64,000 bases of DNA from assembly GCF_009914755.1 (NCBI RefSeq), contig NC_060932.1. One strand, given 5' to 3'. The notes under the pieces were generated by a model. That model made no database searches and was not told the DNA's origin. It saw only the letters and a list, made by a program, of their open reading frames with translations. Positions 1-13,012 of this stretch are shown in pieces (position 1 is the first letter of the stretch; each line of letters begins with the position of its first letter). Source of the DNA: the human T2T-CHM13v2.0 reference genome, Homo sapiens. The translations under genes and the position numbers were made by a program.

Positions 1-351
1 TATCAACTGAAGCTGTTCCCTGTGGTCCACCTCTGTTATACTGACAGCATCCCCGGGCTGGAAACTGCTCCAGGCGGTGGTTCCATCTAATTCATCCTCA
101 CTTGTGGGGCTAGTTCAGCATGGCCCAGGTCAGGGGCTCAGGTGAACCAGCTCAACTGGCTTCCTCCTCGATGGCTCCCCTACCTGTGAACATCCCCCTA
201 ATGTTGGCGGCGCACCTGGCCACCACCTGTGACTAGCTGTACACAGAGGAGCTTTCTATCCAAACAGTAGGCAGAAGTCAGGCTTTGGGGACAGACACCT
301 CTACTTGGGAATCATGTCTCTTCTGTTTCATCTATTCTTTTGTGCTTTATA

Positions 352-470
352 CATTTTGGAGGTAAAGTTTACATATAAGATGAATAGTTCTTAACAGGTA
401 CAATTCAACGAGCTTTGCCAAATAGATACAGCCATGTGACTAACAGCCCAGTCAAGACATAGAACATCTC
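352..470 (-). mobile_element. Ancient L1M 3'-end fragment, left half (split by the L1PA7 insertion)
   Basis: Antisense L1M 3'UTR-like text (tttggaggtaaagtttacatat...caagacatagaacatctc) that continues seamlessly at 6943 (tatcaccccagaaatttccc). Confidence 0.7.
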
Positions 471-1814
471 AATATTCCTGGGCAAGAGGGTTGAATAGGA
501 ACAGCTCCAATCTGCAGCTCCCAGTGAGACCAACACAGAAGGCAGGGCATTTCTGCATTTACAATGGAGGTACCTGGTTCATCTCATTGGGACTGGTTAG
601 ACAGTGGGTGCAGCCCACAGTGGGTGAGCAGAATCAGGGTGGGGCGTCACCTCACCCAGGAAGCTCAAGGGGTTGAGGAACTCCCTCCCCTAGCCAAGGG
701 AAGCCACAAGGGACTGTGCCATGAGGGACGGTGCTATCTAGCCCAGATACTATGCTTTTCCCATGGTCTTCACAACCCACAGACCAGGAGATTCCCTGGG
801 GTGTCTATACCACCAGGACCCTGGGTTTCAACTACAAAACTGGGCGGCCATTTGGGTAGACACTGAGCTAGCTGCAGGAGTTTTTTTTTCATACTCCAGT
901 GGCACCTAGAATGCCAGCAAGACAGAACCATTCACTCCCCTGGAAAGGGGCCCAAAGCCAGGAAGCCAAGTGGTCTAGCTCAGTGGATCCCACCCCCATA
1001 GAGCCTAGCAAGCCAAAATCCACTGGCTTGAAATTCTCGCTGCCAGCACAGCAGACTGAAGTTGATCTGGGATGCTCAAGCTTGGTGGGGGAGGGGCATC
1101 CACCATTACTGAGGCTTGAGTATGCGGTTTTCCCCTCACAGTGTAAACAAAGCTCCCGGGAAGTTCGGACTGGGCAGAGCCCACCGTAGTGCCACAAAGT
1201 CTCTGTAACCAGACTGCCTCTCTAGATTCCTCCTCTCTGGGCAGGGCATCTCTGAAAGAAAGGCAGCAGCCCCAGTCAGGGGCTTATAGATAAAATTCCC
1301 ATCTCCCTGGGAGAGAGCACCTGGGAGAAGGGGCACCTGTAGGCACAGCTACAGTAGATTTAAACATTCCTGCCTGCCGGCTCTGAAGAGAGCAGTGGAT
1401 CTCCCAGCACAGTGCTTGAGTTATGCTAAAGGACAAACTGCCTCCTCAAGTGGGTCCCTGACCCCCATGCCTCCTGACTGGGAGACACCTCCCAGCAGTG
1501 GTCGACAGACATCTCATACAGGAAAGCTCTGGCTGGCATCTGGCGGGTGCCCCTCTGGGATGAAGCTTCCAGAGGAAGGAGCAGGCAGCAATCTTTGCAG
1601 TTCTGCATGCTCCACTGGTGATACCCAGTCAAACACGGTCTGAAGTGGACCTCCAGCAAACTCCAACAGACCTGCAGAAGAGGGGCATGACTGTTAGAAG
1701 GAAAAGTAACAAACAGAAAGCAATAGCATCAACATCAACAAAAAGGACGACCACGCAAAAACCTCATCCAAAGGTCACCAACATCAACGACCAAAGGTAA
1801 ATAAATCCATGAAG

Positions 1815-2825
1815 ATGAGGAAAAACCCATGCAAAAAGGTCGAAAATTCCAAAAACCAGAATGCCTCTTCCCTCCAGAGGATCATAACTCCTCATCAGCA
1901 CGGGAACAAAACTGGACAGAGAATGAGTTTGATGAATTAACAGAAGTAGCCTTCAGAAAGTGGGTAATAACAAACTCCTCCAAGCTAAAGGAGCATGTTC
2001 TAACCCAATGCAAGGAAGCTAAGAAACTTGATAAAAGGTTACAGGAAATGCTAACTAGAATAACCAGTTTAGAGAATAACATAAATGACTGGATGAAGCT
2101 GAAAAACACAGCACAAGAACTTCCATAAAACATACACAAGTATCAATAGCCAAATCAGTCAAGTGGAAGAAAGGATATCAGAGATTGAAGATAAACTTAA
2201 TGAAATGAAGCATGAAAGCAAGGTTAGAGACAAAAGTATGAAAAGGAATGAACAAATCCTCCAAAAAACATGGGACTATGTGAAAAGACCAAACCTATGT
2301 TTGACTGGTGTACCTGAAAGTGACGGGGAGAATGGAACCAATTTGGAAAACACACTTCAGGATATCACCCAGGAGAACTTCCCCCAACCCAGCAAGACAG
2401 GCCAACATGCAAATTCAGGAAATACAGAGAACACCACAAAGATACTCCTCTAGAAGAGCAGCCCCAAGACACATAACTTTCAGCTTCACCAAGGTTGAAA
2501 AGAAGGAAAAACTGGTAAGGGCAGCCAGAGAGAAAGCTTGGGTTACCGACAAGGGAAGCCCATCAAACCAACAGCAGATCTCTCTGCAGAAACCCTACAA
2601 GCCAGAAGAGAGTAGGGGCCAATATTCAACTTCTTAAAAGAATTTTCAATTTCATGTCCAGCCAAAGTAAGCTTCATAAGTGAAGGAGAAATAAAATCCT
2701 TTACATACAAGCAAATGCTGAGGGATGTCACCACCAGGCCTGCCTTACAAGAGCTCCTGAAGGAAGCACTAAATATGGAAAGGAAAAACCGGTATCAGCC
2801 ACTGCAAAAACATCCCAAAATGTAA
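1815..2825 (+). pseudogene. L1 ORF1p remnant (frameshifted, stop-disrupted)
   Basis: ORF pieces 1829-2128 (EQNWTENEFDELTE), 2163-2453 (WDYVKRPNL) and 2308-2637 (IQEIQRTPQRY) lie in different frames. Confidence 0.9.
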
Positions 2826-2887
2826 AGACCATAGACACTATGAAGAAACTGCATCAACTAATGGGCAAAATAACAGCTAGCATCATA

Positions 2888-5800
2888 ATGACAGGATCAA
2901 ATTCACATATAACAATATTAAGCCTAAATGTAAATGGGTTAAATGCCCCAGTGAAAAGACACAGACTGGAAAATTGGATAAAGAGTCAAGACCCATCAGT
3001 GTGCTGAATTCAGGAGACCCATCTCATGTGCAAAAACACCCAAAGGCTCAAAATAAAGGGACAGAGGATTTATCAAGCAAATGGAAAGCAAAAAAAAAAA
3101 AAAATCAGGGGTTGCAATCCTAGTCTCTGACAAAACCAACTTTAAAACAATAAAGATCAAAAGAGACAAAAAAGGGCATTACATAATGGTAAAGGGATCA
3201 ATGCAACAAGAAGAGCTAACTATCCTAAATATGTATGTGCCCAATACAAGAGCACGCAGATTCATAAAGTAAGCTCTTAGAGACCTACAAAGAGACTTAG
3301 ACTCCAATACAATTATAGTGGGAGACTTTAACACCCCACTGTCAATATTAGACAGATCAATGAGACAGAAAATTAACAAGGATATTCAGGACTTGAACTC
3401 AGCTCTGGACCAAGTAGACCTAATAGACATCTACAGAACTCTCCACCCCAAATCAACAGAATATACATTCTTCTCAGCACCACATAGCACTTATTCTAAA
3501 ACTGACCACATAATTGGAAGTAAGACACTCCTCAGCAATACAACAGAACAGAAATCATAACAGTCTCTCAGACCATAGTGCAATCGAATTAGAACTCAGA
3601 ATTAAGAAACTCACTCAAAACCACACAACTACATGTAAACTGAACAACCTGCTCCTGAATGACTACTAGGTAAATAAGGAAATTAAGGCAGAAATAAATA
3701 AGTTCTTTGAAACCAACGAGAACAAAGATACAATGGAACAGAATCTCTAGGACACAGCTAAAGCAGTGTTTAGAGGGAAATTTATAGCACAAAATGCCCA
3801 CATGAGACAGCAGGAAAGGTCTCAAATCAACACCCTAACATCACAATTAAAAGAACTAGAGAAGCAAGAGCAAACAAATTTAAAAGCTAGCAGAAGACAA
3901 GAAATAACTAAGATCAGACCAGAACTGAAGGAAATAGAGACATGAAAAACCCTTCAGAAAATCAATGAATCCAAGAGTTAGTTTTCTGAAAAGATTAACA
4001 AAATAGGTAGACCACTAGCCAGACTAATAAAGAAGAAAAGAGAGAAGAATCAAATAGACACAATAAAAAATGATAAAGGGGATATCACCACTGATCCCAC
4101 AGAAATGCAAACTACCACCAGATAATACTATAAACACCTCTACGCAAATAAACTAGAAAATCTAGAAGAAATGGATAAATTCCTGGACACATACACCCTC
4201 CCAAGACTAAACCAGGAAGAAGTTGAATCCCTGAATAGACCAATAACAAGTTCTGAAATTGAGGTAGTGATTAATATTCTACCAACCAAAAAAAAAGCCC
4301 AGGACCAGACAGATTCTGGTAGCCGAATTCTACCAGAGGTACAAAGAGGAGCTGGTACCATTCCTTCTAAAACTATTCCAAACAATAGAAAAAGAGGGAC
4401 TCCTCCCTAATTCATTTTATGAGGCCAGCATCATCCTGATACCAAACCTGGCAGAGCCACAACAACAAAAAAAAAATTTCAGGCCAATATCCGTGATGAA
4501 CATCAATGCGAAAATCCTCAATAGAATACTGGCAAACTGAATCCAGCAGCACTTTTAAAAGCTTATCCACCATGATCAAGTCGGCTTCATCCCTGGGATG
4601 CAGGGCTGGTTCAACATACTCAAATCAATAAACGTAATCCATCACATAAACAGAACCAATGACAACAACCACATGATTACCACAATAGATGCAGAAAAGG
4701 CCTTCAACAAAACTCAACACCCCTTCATAATGAAAACAATCAACTAGGTATTGATGGAATGTATCTCAAAATAATAAAAGCTATTTAAGAAAAACCCACA
4801 GCCAATATCGTACTGAATGGACAAAATCTGGAAGCAATCCCTTTGAAAACTGGCACAAGACAAAGATGCCCTCTCTCACCACTTCTTTTCAACATAGTGT
4901 TGGAAATTCTGGCCAGGGCAATCAGGCAAGAGAAAGAAATAAAAGGTATTCAAATAGGAAGAGAGAAAGTCAAATTATCTCTGTTTGCAGATGACATGAT
5001 TGTATATTTAGAAAACCCCATTTTCTCAGCCCAAAAACTCCTTAAGCTGATAAGCAACTTCAGCAAAGTCTCAGGATACAAAATCAATGTGCAAAAATCA
5101 CAAGCATTCCTATACAATAATGGAGAGCCAAACCATGAGTGAACTCCTATTCACAATTGCTACAAAGAGAATAAAATACTTAGGAATACAACTTACAAGA
5201 GATGTGAAGGACCTCTTCAAGGAGAACTACAAACCACTGCTCAAGGAAATAAGAGAGGACACAAACAAATGGAAAAACATTCCATGCTCATGGATAGGAA
5301 GAATCAATATCGTGAAAATGGCCATACTGCCCAAAGTAATTTATAGATTCAGTGCTATTCCCATCAAGCTACCACTGACTTTCTTCACAGAATTAGAAAA
5401 AAACTACTTTAAATTTCATATGGAACCAAAAAGAGCCTGTATAGGCAAGACAGTCCTAAGCAAAAAGAACAAAGCTGGAGGCATCATGCTACCTGACTTC
5501 AAACCTTACTACAAGGCTACAATAACCAAAATAGCATGATACTGGTACCAAAACAGATATATAGATCAATGGAACAGAACAGAGACCTCAGAAATAACAC
5601 CATACATCTACAACCATCTGATCTTTGACAAACCTGACAAAAACAAGCAATGGGGAAAGGATTCCCTATTTAATAAATGGTGTTAGGAAAACTAGCTAGC
5701 CATATGCAGAAAACTGAAACTGGACGCCTTTCTTACACTTTATACAAAAATTAACTCAAGATGGATTAAAGATTTAAACGTAACACCTAAAATCATAAAA

Positions 5801-6707
5801 ACCCTAGAAGAAAACCTAGGCAATACCATTCAGGACATAGGCATGGGCAAAGACTTCATGACTAAAACACCAAAAGCAATTGCAACAACAGCCAAAATTG
5901 ACAAACGGGATCTAATTAAACTAAAGAGCTTCTGCACAGCAAAAGAAACTATCATCAGAGTGAACAGGCAACCTAGAGAATGGAAGAATATTTTTGCAAT
6001 CTATCCATCTGACAAAGGGCTAATATCCAGAATCTACAAGGAACTTAAATTTACAAGAAAAAAAAACAAAAAACCCCAACAAAAAGTGGGTAAAGGATAT
6101 GAACAAACACTCTCAAAAGAAGACATTTATGCGGCCAAGAAACATATGGAAAAAAAGCTCATCATCACTGATCGTTAGAGAAATGCAAATCAAAACCACA
6201 ATGAGATACCCTCTCATGCCAGTTAAAATGGTGATCATTAAAAAGTCAGGAAACAATAGATGCTGGAGAGGATGGGGAGAAAGAGGAACACTTTTACACT
6301 GTTGGTGGGAGTGTAAATTAGTTCAACCATTGTGGAAGACAGTGTGGCGATTCCTCAAGAATCTAAACCTAAAAATACCATTTGACCCAGTGATCCCATT
6401 ACTGGGTATATACCCAAAGGATTATAAATCATTCTTGTATAAAGACACATGAACACATATATTTATTGCAGCACTATTCACAATAGCAAAGACTTGGAAT
6501 CAACCCAGATGTCCATCAGTGATAGACTTGATAAAGAAAATGTGGCAGATATACACCATGGAATATTATGCAGCCATAAATAAGAATGAGTTCATGTCCT
6601 TTGCAGGGACCTGGATGCAAACCTGGCTGGAAACCCTCATTCTCAGCAAACTAACACAAAAACAGAAAACCAAACACCGCATGTTCTCACTCATAAGTGG
6701 GAGTTGA
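2888..6707 (+). pseudogene. L1 ORF2p remnant (endonuclease, reverse transcriptase, C-terminal domain)
   Basis: Starts MTGSNSHITI at 2888; EN motif GDFNTPLS (3318); RT motifs [11 protein letters not shown] and [10 protein letters not shown] (4843-5142); [13 protein letters not shown] (6099-6452). Many stops and frameshifts. Confidence 0.93.
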
Positions 6708-6942
6708 ACAATGAGAACATCTGGGCACAGGGAGGGGAACATCACACACCAGATCCTGTCAGGGGGTGGGGGGCTGGGAAGGGATAGCATTAGGAGAAGT
6801 ACCTAATATATAATGGTGGGTTGATGGGTGCAGCAAAACACCATGGCACATGTATACCTATGTAACAAACCTGCACGTTCCACACATGTATCCCAGAACT
6901 TAAAGTATAGTAAAAAAAAAAAAAAGAGACATAGAACATCTC

Positions 6943-7180
6943 TATCACCCCAGAAATTTCCCTTAGGACCCCTTTTAGTCAACCCCCACCATCTATAGGC
7001 AAGAACAATTCTGAAAGTTATCACTATAGATTTGATCCAGTCTTGAACTTCATAAATAAGGACTCCTATGAAAGAGAATGTTGTCTTTTGTGTCAAGCTT
7101 CTTCTCCAAAACATATTGCTTTTGACCTTCATCTCTATTATTTTATTTCTTTTACTGACTAGTGTCCCATTGTATACAGG
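6943..7180 (-). mobile_element. Ancient L1M 3'-end fragment, right half
   Basis: Continues the 352-470 fragment after the right TSD. Confidence 0.65.
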
Positions 7181-7369
7181 GGAATAGGCGTCATTCACTT
7201 TGTGATCTCGGGAAAGTTATAGGACTCCCCATTCATTCATTCACTCATTCATTTATTCATTTAACAAGAAATTACTCTCTCCCTCAGTTTTATTTTCCAT
7301 AAAGATCACAGTGGAAATATCTCCTGTTGTCTAAGCGTTTGTCCAAGATTACAGAGGCAAGTAGTTACA

Positions 7370-7890
7370 AGGGGATACTCGGAAGTCAGATGGCCACATT
7401 TGAGACCTGTTTTCATCCCTCACTGGCTGCATGAGCTTGGACAAAATACTCAACCTCTCTCTGCTTCTGTTCTCTCCTCTGTAAAAGGATTAAATGGGGC
7501 TAGGCGCGGTGGCTCATACCTGTAATCCTAGCATTTTGGGAGGCCAAGGTGGGTAGATCACATGAGGTCAGGAGTTCAAAACCAGCCTGGCCAAAAAGGT
7601 GAAACCCTGTCCCTACTAAAAAAAAAAAAAAAAAAAAAAAATAGCTGGGTATGGTGGTGAGTGCCTGTAATCCCAGCTACTTGGAAGGCTGAGGCAGGAG
7701 AATCACTTGAACCCAGGAGGTGTAGGTTTCAGTAAGCCAAGATCACACCACTGCACTCCAGCCTGGGAAACAGAGTGAGACTCCATCTCAAAAAAAAAAA
7801 AAAAAGGATTAAACAAGTTAATGTTTGTAAAGTGCTTAGAAGAGTGGTTGGCACACAGAAAGTGCTAAAAACGTGTTGGCTATTATTACC
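7370..7890 (+). mobile_element. MIR interrupted by an Alu
   Basis: MIR core (gcatgagcttggacaaaatactcaacctctct...ctgtaaaa) before the Alu and MIR 3' part (gtaaagtgcttagaagagtggttggcacacag) after it. Confidence 0.7.
7498..7805 (+). mobile_element. AluS (Sx/Sz-like) with expanded central A-tract
   Basis: Dimeric Alu, poly(A) tail, TSD AAAAGGATTAAA on both sides. Confidence 0.95.
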
Positions 7891-8071
7891 AACTATGTGA
7901 CACGCCATGGTGTCCCATCAGCACTCACTAAATCATAGCTGTTGCTATTATATTAGTCTTAAAGACAAGAGGTAAAATGGGTGCACAGGCAGTTACCTGG
8001 AGTAGCTTATTGCTATGAGAAAGGAATCTATCAGCAGCCATTATAATAAGTCAACACAGCTTTACCAGAAC

Positions 8072-8168
8072 TAAGGTGGCCACTCATCTCAGGACTTTCC
8101 TGGTCAGCATTGAAAATTCCAGGAGCCCTCCCTTAGCCCCAGACAAGCCAGGACAACTGGTCACCCTA
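8072..8168 (+). mobile_element. MER81-like hAT-Blackjack MITE
   Basis: Degenerate TIRs taaggtggcca...tggtcacccta; internal ggactttcc...gcattgaaaattcc. Confidence 0.6.
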
Positions 8169-8359
8169 ATCTGAACCTTACGCTCCTTATCTGTCAAATG
8201 TCCATAATATACTACACTGCCCTTCTCACAGGACAGCTGAAGTGACATGTGTAGAAGTGCTCTACCAAGGCAGTGGGGTTTGTTTATTTTTCTGGGTCTA
8301 TTAGAAAAAGCATACCAAACTTTGAACTCCACTGTGGATTACAACTTTAAATTCAATAT

Positions 8360-8545
8360 CGAGTTTGAGTTGTGGCTTCTCAGCTTGGAAGCTGAGTAAC
8401 ACTGAGCCCTCAGCCCGGCCTCCCCTCTGGGATCCCACTTTCTCACCTGTATAGTAGGGATGGTCACACTTAACCTGTAGGGTTGGGGTGAGGTCCTGTA
8501 TGAGAAAGCGCTATCTGCATTGAAAAGCACAATACAAATTAAACA
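8360..8545 (+). mobile_element. MIR fragment
   Basis: cactttctcacctgtatagtaggga...gggttggggtgagg MIR core. Confidence 0.55.
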
Positions 8546-9595
8546 TCAGTTAAAGTGGTTTGGGGGCCATGAGGGTAGTTGCCTCTATCCAAGAAGGCCA
8601 CTCCAGAATGTGCTTCTCAGGGCTCTAGTCCTGTTGATCCTGCTGCCCGACTCCAGGCTACCTCTGGACTCATTCATCAGCCCATCAGACTCTCACGCCT
8701 GTGTCTGATTTCCTGGTGTCTGACCCTGACCCTGACCCTGGACCCTGATGGGCCCCACAACTGCCTAGGCCCGGGGTAGGCTCCCCGGGGCTCAACCTAG
8801 CAGCCCCCTACCCTCTGCTCCACCAAAGCCTGCAGCACAGCAGAGATACAGCTACTGGAATGGCAAGGCCTCAGCGGTAATCAGTGCATGGAAGCCTGAG
8901 GTAATGGAATCACCCTGATGCAATTATCTATTGATTGCAAGTATTATGGCAGTCCCTGATTGCTTCTTATTGATACAAATCCACTGGGCTGCCTACTTGG
9001 ACAAAACCAAGTGAGAATGAGAAGAGACAGAAGAGGAAATAGGAAGAGAGAGTACAAGGGAGGAGATGGGGGAGGAAGGAGCACAGCCTAATTAGTGACA
9101 GACAAGTCTGTGGAAGCAGCAGCACCCTGAGGTGGCCACCACCAGGAAGGGGCATGGACAACCCACATGTCAGAGCTAGAAAGGACGTTTGGGAGCGGCA
9201 GCTGCCTCTGTCCACAGCCATGGCAGCCAGGCCTGGGAAGAGAACCAAAGGCAACAAAGCAGCAGGATACATGTCCCAACAGGGGTCAAGGGACCATGAG
9301 GTCTCACAATGCAGAGGGGTCAGAGGTCAAGGGGCAAAGCTTGCACAATCATGGAAGTCAGAGTGGGCAAATAGGGGAGGTCTGGATGCATCCGAGAGTG
9401 AGCAAGGGACAGACCCATCCTATAAGTGACCCCTAGAGGACTTTCCCCAACCTCAAGCAGGGAGTACAAATTATTCTGTTCTCAAGACAAATTACTGAGG
9501 TCTTCAATTACACATGTATGTTGATGGGATAAACTTTGGTTTAGCAGAGCAATGGTATCGTCATATGTCCCGAATTCCCTAGAAATCCCCACTCT

Positions 9596-9727
9596 GCACT
9601 CATGAGAGAACAAGAGTGGAAAAGTCAAATAACATCTCACTACTATTGAAATAGTTTTGACCTCATTGACCAGCTGAAATAGTTTTGGACACTAAGAGCT
9701 CCTGGACCCCACTTTGAGAACCACTGC
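9596..9727. mobile_element. hAT-Charlie family fragment
   Basis: aaatagttttgacctc...ggaccccactttgagaaccactg terminal motif. Confidence 0.55.
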
Positions 9728-9949
9728 CCTAGAGGTATAGCTGTTTTTTCATGTGAAGGGCCTAAGGAGATTTGACTTGGAAACAAAATTCACACCTTGA
9801 CCTTCAGCCACTAAAGAACAGTATGCACATCTCATCTAGTCTGAACTAATTTTTACTTTTTTCAACTCACAATAAAGGGATATAGAAAGCTCTTTGTACC
9901 CTTAGATAAGCCAAAATACATATGTACAGCATACGTGCATGCATGCATA

Positions 9950-10574
9950 CAGTTGGTCTTCATTATTCACCAACTCTGCACACCCTAGAATTGATTCATA
10001 ATCCTAAAACCAATGCTCAACGCACTACTTGGACATCCACAGAGTGGCAAAAACTTGGAGTTGCTTATATGCATGTTCCCAGTGGAGTTCCAACAAGGTA
10101 ACAAACACTCTGCCTTCTTGCTTCACCTCCCATACTGCAAACAAGTGTCCTCTTCAATGGTCCATTGAGTGCCACGTCTTTTGTATTTTCTTGCTCTTTG
10201 TTGGTGATCTCACTATTTAAAATGGCCCCCAAGTGTAGTGCTCAATAGCTGTCTAGAGTTCCCAAGCACAAGAAGGCTGTGATGTGTCTTATAAAGAAAA
10301 TATGTGTGTTAGACAGGCTTTAAACAGCTATGAATAATAGTGTTGGCCGTGATTCAATGTTAATGAATCAATGATGCAAATTAAATATAGTATCTTCAAA
10401 CAGAAACACATAAAACAAGGTCCTGTATTGACTGATTGATGAAAATGTTATGAACAGTGGTTGTCAGGAACCTAACCCTGTATTTCCCCTGGGAACAACG
10501 GGTAAGTATTGGCTAATTCAGTGTTCATGGCAACTTTGTAAAACAGAACTATCATGAATAACCAGCACCAACTC
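9950..10574 (+). mobile_element. MER82 (TcMar-Tigger)
   Basis: TA|cagttggtcttcattattc start; actctgccttcttg...aaacaagtgtcc; tttaaaatggcccccaagtgtagtgct; ~625 bp. Confidence 0.8.
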
Positions 10575-11149
10575 TACAAGCAAACATAACAACAAAAGCC
10601 CCAGAGCCTCCCTGTCTAGCTCTAGTTTCAAAAATAAAGGAAACCTTGAGCTTTCTTGTAAATTACTGACTCCCTAACAAGAACAGCTGTGCCCTGAATT
10701 TTCAAAGCTGAAAGCTGAAGACTTGTCATAAACTTGGGAAACACGATACTCATATGAGAAAACTGTTGTTTGTCCACCAAGGGCAGACTGTCAACTTGAT
10801 AACCTTGAAAATCTTGTGCTTTGTTTTTTCCCTGTAAATATTTGTAGCGATTTTTATTTGGTGGCCAATCCTTTAAAAACTTTCTCTGCAAGTAAAATTC
10901 CTTCTGCTCTACGTGCCTTAAATGGTTTTATCTTTGAGTTTTCCTCAGATTCTAAGTAGCCTGGGAGGAGGTGAGACCATATTAGTGGAAAGTCCACATC
11001 AGCGTTGCCCAACTACATTCCAGACAATTCTAAAATGCACGCATCAGTTCATAGGGCCCTGAGGCTGCAGGCTGTTGGATTTTGTCCATGTAGCATCCTA
11101 GGAAATGTCTTGCATAGCAGAGAGGCCAGGACCTCGCCCTAGTCGGGGT

Positions 11150-11500
11150 CCTTGATTGCAAGCAACAGGAACTAACCCAGTTAAATCAAAAAAAAGCAAT
11201 CATTGTAAAGCTGCTGGGTATCTCACAGAATTGACAAGGCAAATGGGTAGCACCCAAGGAGGTAAGGAGGCCAGACCCCAGCTTCAGCTGCCCAACGGGA
11301 CAGGTGGTTTAGGATGCTGCCAACACCACTGCTGGCTAGAATATTCCCCAGCCTATGGCTGCCCCCTGCCTCACTGTGCGAATGAAGACGCTGCTGCAGC
11401 AGCCACTGCAGTCAATTCCAAACTGTTCCCATTTCTTTGCAGCTCTTACTCCAAATTCTAAGTCCCAAATGGGAACATCCAATTGCCCAGGGTCCTAGGA
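11150..11500. mobile_element. Old MaLR (MLT1-like) LTR fragment
   Basis: ttgcaagcaacaggaactaacccag...gggtatctcacagaat motif. Confidence 0.4.
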
Positions 11501-11639
11501 ACACATGTCTAGACTTTTCAGTTTCCATGGGGAAACACTGAGCCTTTCCTCCCACCAAGACTCACCACAGTGGCCTGGAATAAAGCATTGGTACTGCGAA
11601 TGGGGAAACACAGGTAAATTGAAAAAACTGGAGAAAGAA

Positions 11640-11825
11640 CCGACTTTGTTGGAAGATTGCCTGCATGTGGAGAGTGGTATGGGATCTGGGGTGATTCCAG
11701 GGTTTCTGGCTTGAACATCAGGATGTGGGATGGTGACAATACTGAGTCAGGGAACACTGACAGAAGGGAACAGCAAAGAAAACAGCTCACGTTGAACAAC
11801 TTAAAGTTGAGGTGCCTGTGGCTGT
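11640..11825 (-). mobile_element. L2 fragment
   Basis: gattccagggtttctggcttgaac...gatggtgacaatactgag...ttgaggtgcctgtgg, a typical antisense L2 stretch. Confidence 0.6.
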
Positions 11826-11923
11826 TCAGTGGGAGCTCTGCAAACTCCAAAGCTCTATGCATTTGGAAAGGATTCTGTTGATATTATTGATACTATTGCT
11901 ATCATTAAATATTAATGAAATTC

Positions 11924-12181
11924 TCTGGACATAGTGGCTCACACTTATAATCCCAGCACTTTGGGAGGCCAAGGCAAGAGGATTGCTTGAGCCCAGAATT
12001 TTGAGACCACCCTGGGCAACATAGCAAGACTCTGTCTCTACAAACAAATTAAAATTACCTGGGTGTGGTGGTGCATGCCAGTGGTCCCAGCTTCTCAGGA
12101 GGCTGCAGTGAGCTATGATCAAGCCATTGCACTCCAGCCTAGACAACAGAGCAAGACCGTATCTCAAAAAAAAAAAAAAAA
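11924..12181 (+). mobile_element. AluJ with internal deletion in the right arm
   Basis: gaggattgcttgagcccag and gagctatgatc diagnostics; ggaggctg joins directly to cagtgagc. Confidence 0.9.
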
Positions 12182-12799
12182 TTAATAAAATTGCCTTTCA
12201 TAAAGAACCAAACACAATTACTCCAATGAACTGGGAAGATAGCATTGACTTTGTCAATAGATAAGAAAGGAAAGTTCCAATTTTTAATCCTTTTTCTTCC
12301 TTTGCCTTGGCTGCCAGTCCTGTGGAAGACAGCCAGTCATCGGGGGCAAGGCTGCCCAAGGCAAAATGGTAACCACCAACGACTTTAAAATAGGTAGCTA
12401 AGAGCAAATCACACATGTGAATTGGCAACCAAATCTAAAACTGTTGTTATTTTAAGGCCTACAGGCTTTGTCCACATTGGAGACCATCTGGTGACCACAG
12501 AGAGAAAACAGCCCGAGCATTTGCTTGGATGGTTCATGGGTCTTAGAAGGCAGAAGTCTCAAGAACTTGCATCCTCCGCAACCACTCTGCAGGTCAACTC
12601 AGAGCCTGTCCTGCCCTCACCTCTTATTCTCGAGGCTCTAAGGCTCACATTTGGTGGATCCACGCCAGCAATATGGTGCAATGATAAAGACTGGACCCTT
12701 TAACTTCCCAGAATGATTCTGATGCAAATATCATAATACTCAGTCTTCTCAAATCATATACCTGGAGTTCTGACTCAGAAAATATGCTGCCCTAGGCAC

Positions 12800-13012
12800 T
12801 GAGAAAACAGTAGAGCAGTCAGGAGACCTGAGATCAAGGTTCTGGTTTCACTACTGTTTGACCTTCGGCACGTTTTTTTAAATTTCTCAAACTGAGCCAC
12901 GGTTCTCTTATCTGTAAAATGGGGCAAATACACCTACATGTGTTACAGAAAAGCTGTAAGAACCAAATGGGAGTAGAAATGGAGTAAGCGGTAAAGCACT
13001 GAATGTGTATTA
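12800..13012 (+). mobile_element. MIR
   Basis: gtcaggagacctgag...ctcttatctgtaaaatgggg...gtaaagcactg. Confidence 0.65.

Larger units (their letters stand above)
471..6926 (+). mobile_element. Full-length LINE-1, L1PA7-like, inactive
   Basis: 5'UTR start gaataggaacagctcc, ORF1 and ORF2 remnants, G-rich 3'UTR, poly(A) 6912-6925, and TSD AGACATAGAACATCTC at 455-470 and 6927-6942. The ~1.3-kb 5'UTR and the 3' end gggttgatgggtgcagc...tatcccagaacttaaagtat fit L1PA7 from memory. Confidence 0.95.

Noticed and set aside
471-6926. Active or intact LINE-1
   Set aside because: Both ORFs are fragmented by many stops and frameshifts, and the 5'UTR CpGs are largely decayed.
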